Notes under the pieces: generated by a model
What the model was told of the DNA's origin: nothing
Seen by the model: only the letters and a program-made list of their open reading frames with translations
The model's database searches: none
Assembly: GCA_963753975.1 (NCBI GenBank)
Contig: CAVWEH010000001.1
Span: 96,001-160,000, forward strand
Length of the DNA stretch: 64,000 nucleotides
Direction of reading: 5' to 3'
Origin: an uncultured delta proteobacterium
GTDB taxonomy: Bacteria; Desulfobacterota; Syntrophia; Syntrophales; Smithellaceae
Shown here: one piece after another, positions 63,506-64,000 of the stretch
Position numbering within the stretch: the first letter of the stretch is position 1
How the letters are laid out: each line of letters opens with the position of its first letter
Translations under genes and position numbers: made by a program

Positions 63506-63925
63506 TTAGTTTTTTATTGGGCCGGCTTCTGTTTTTTCCCGCGGCGAAGGTTTAATGATTTTAGCATCATCACCAAGTATTCTTTCTAAAATGATTCGTG
63601 CCGTCCAGCTCGAAAGAGCCTTCATGTATTTAGGGCCGGCAAGATACATACCGTACATAAAAGTAAGCCACGAAATGCCGTAAGTCACCGGTATGCCGAT
63701 AAAACCAATTAAAGGTTCGTTGAGCCTTGCGGCAATCACGCCAAGCACGGGAACTGCCGGTAAACCTATAATATAACTAAAAGCAATCAATAAAATACCG
63801 ATGTATATACGAGTCGATAGTTTTTCTTTAAAAACCCTCAGGTCGGCGTGTTCAGCGATGGCTTTGCGGCAATATTCTTTTTGGGCAAAATACAAGGCTG
63901 TTTTTTTTATTATGTTCACAATCAT
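63506..63925 (-). CDS. Hypothetical membrane protein
   Basis: 139-aa ORF with two or three hydrophobic helices, co-oriented with the cluster. Confidence 0.65.
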   Translation of the reverse strand: MIVNIIKKTALYFAQKEYCRKAIAEHADLRVFKEKLSTRIYIGILLIAFSYIIGLPAVPVLGVIAARLNEPLIGFIGIPVTYGISWLTFMYGMYLAGPKYMKALSSWTARIILERILGDDAKIIKPSPREKTEAGPIKN

Positions 63926-64000
63926 TCCTGAAAAATAGGCGTATTTTTTTAAAAGTTTGTGATAATAGCTTTAAGTATAGAATAATTTCAAGGAAAATTT

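Overview
A 64-kb chromosomal window from an anaerobic bacterium. Gene content and organisation suggest a Syntrophales/Smithella-like deltaproteobacterium (inference). From left to right it carries: the distal F1Fo ATP synthase operon (atpF-H-A-G-D-C), greA, moaA, signalling genes (a 4xPAS hybrid kinase and an HD-GYP protein), and a patchwork of small genes around a cold-shock gene. Next come an AT-rich two-gene island (a DGQHR protein with putative nuclease and HEPN domains plus a Dam-family methylase), tandem HEAT-repeat paralogues, TPP-riboswitch-thiM-thiE, rrf2-mnmA-metY-cysK, acyl-CoA metabolism genes and cydAB. The right part holds a TIGR04282/TIGR04283-type glycosyltransferase neighbourhood, a probable decayed integron cassette, and a 13-gene type II fatty-acid/polyketide cluster with three radical SAM enzymes and a PlsY that may continue past the right edge. 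Five genes are broken by seven single-base insertions, most likely assembly errors. The strongest candidates for undescribed systems are the DGQHR-nuclease-HEPN + Dam island (17.3-20.6 kb) and the radical-SAM lipid cluster (53.1-63.9 kb). A modular palindromic intergenic repeat occurs in two copies. All family assignments come from motifs read by eye; no searches were run.
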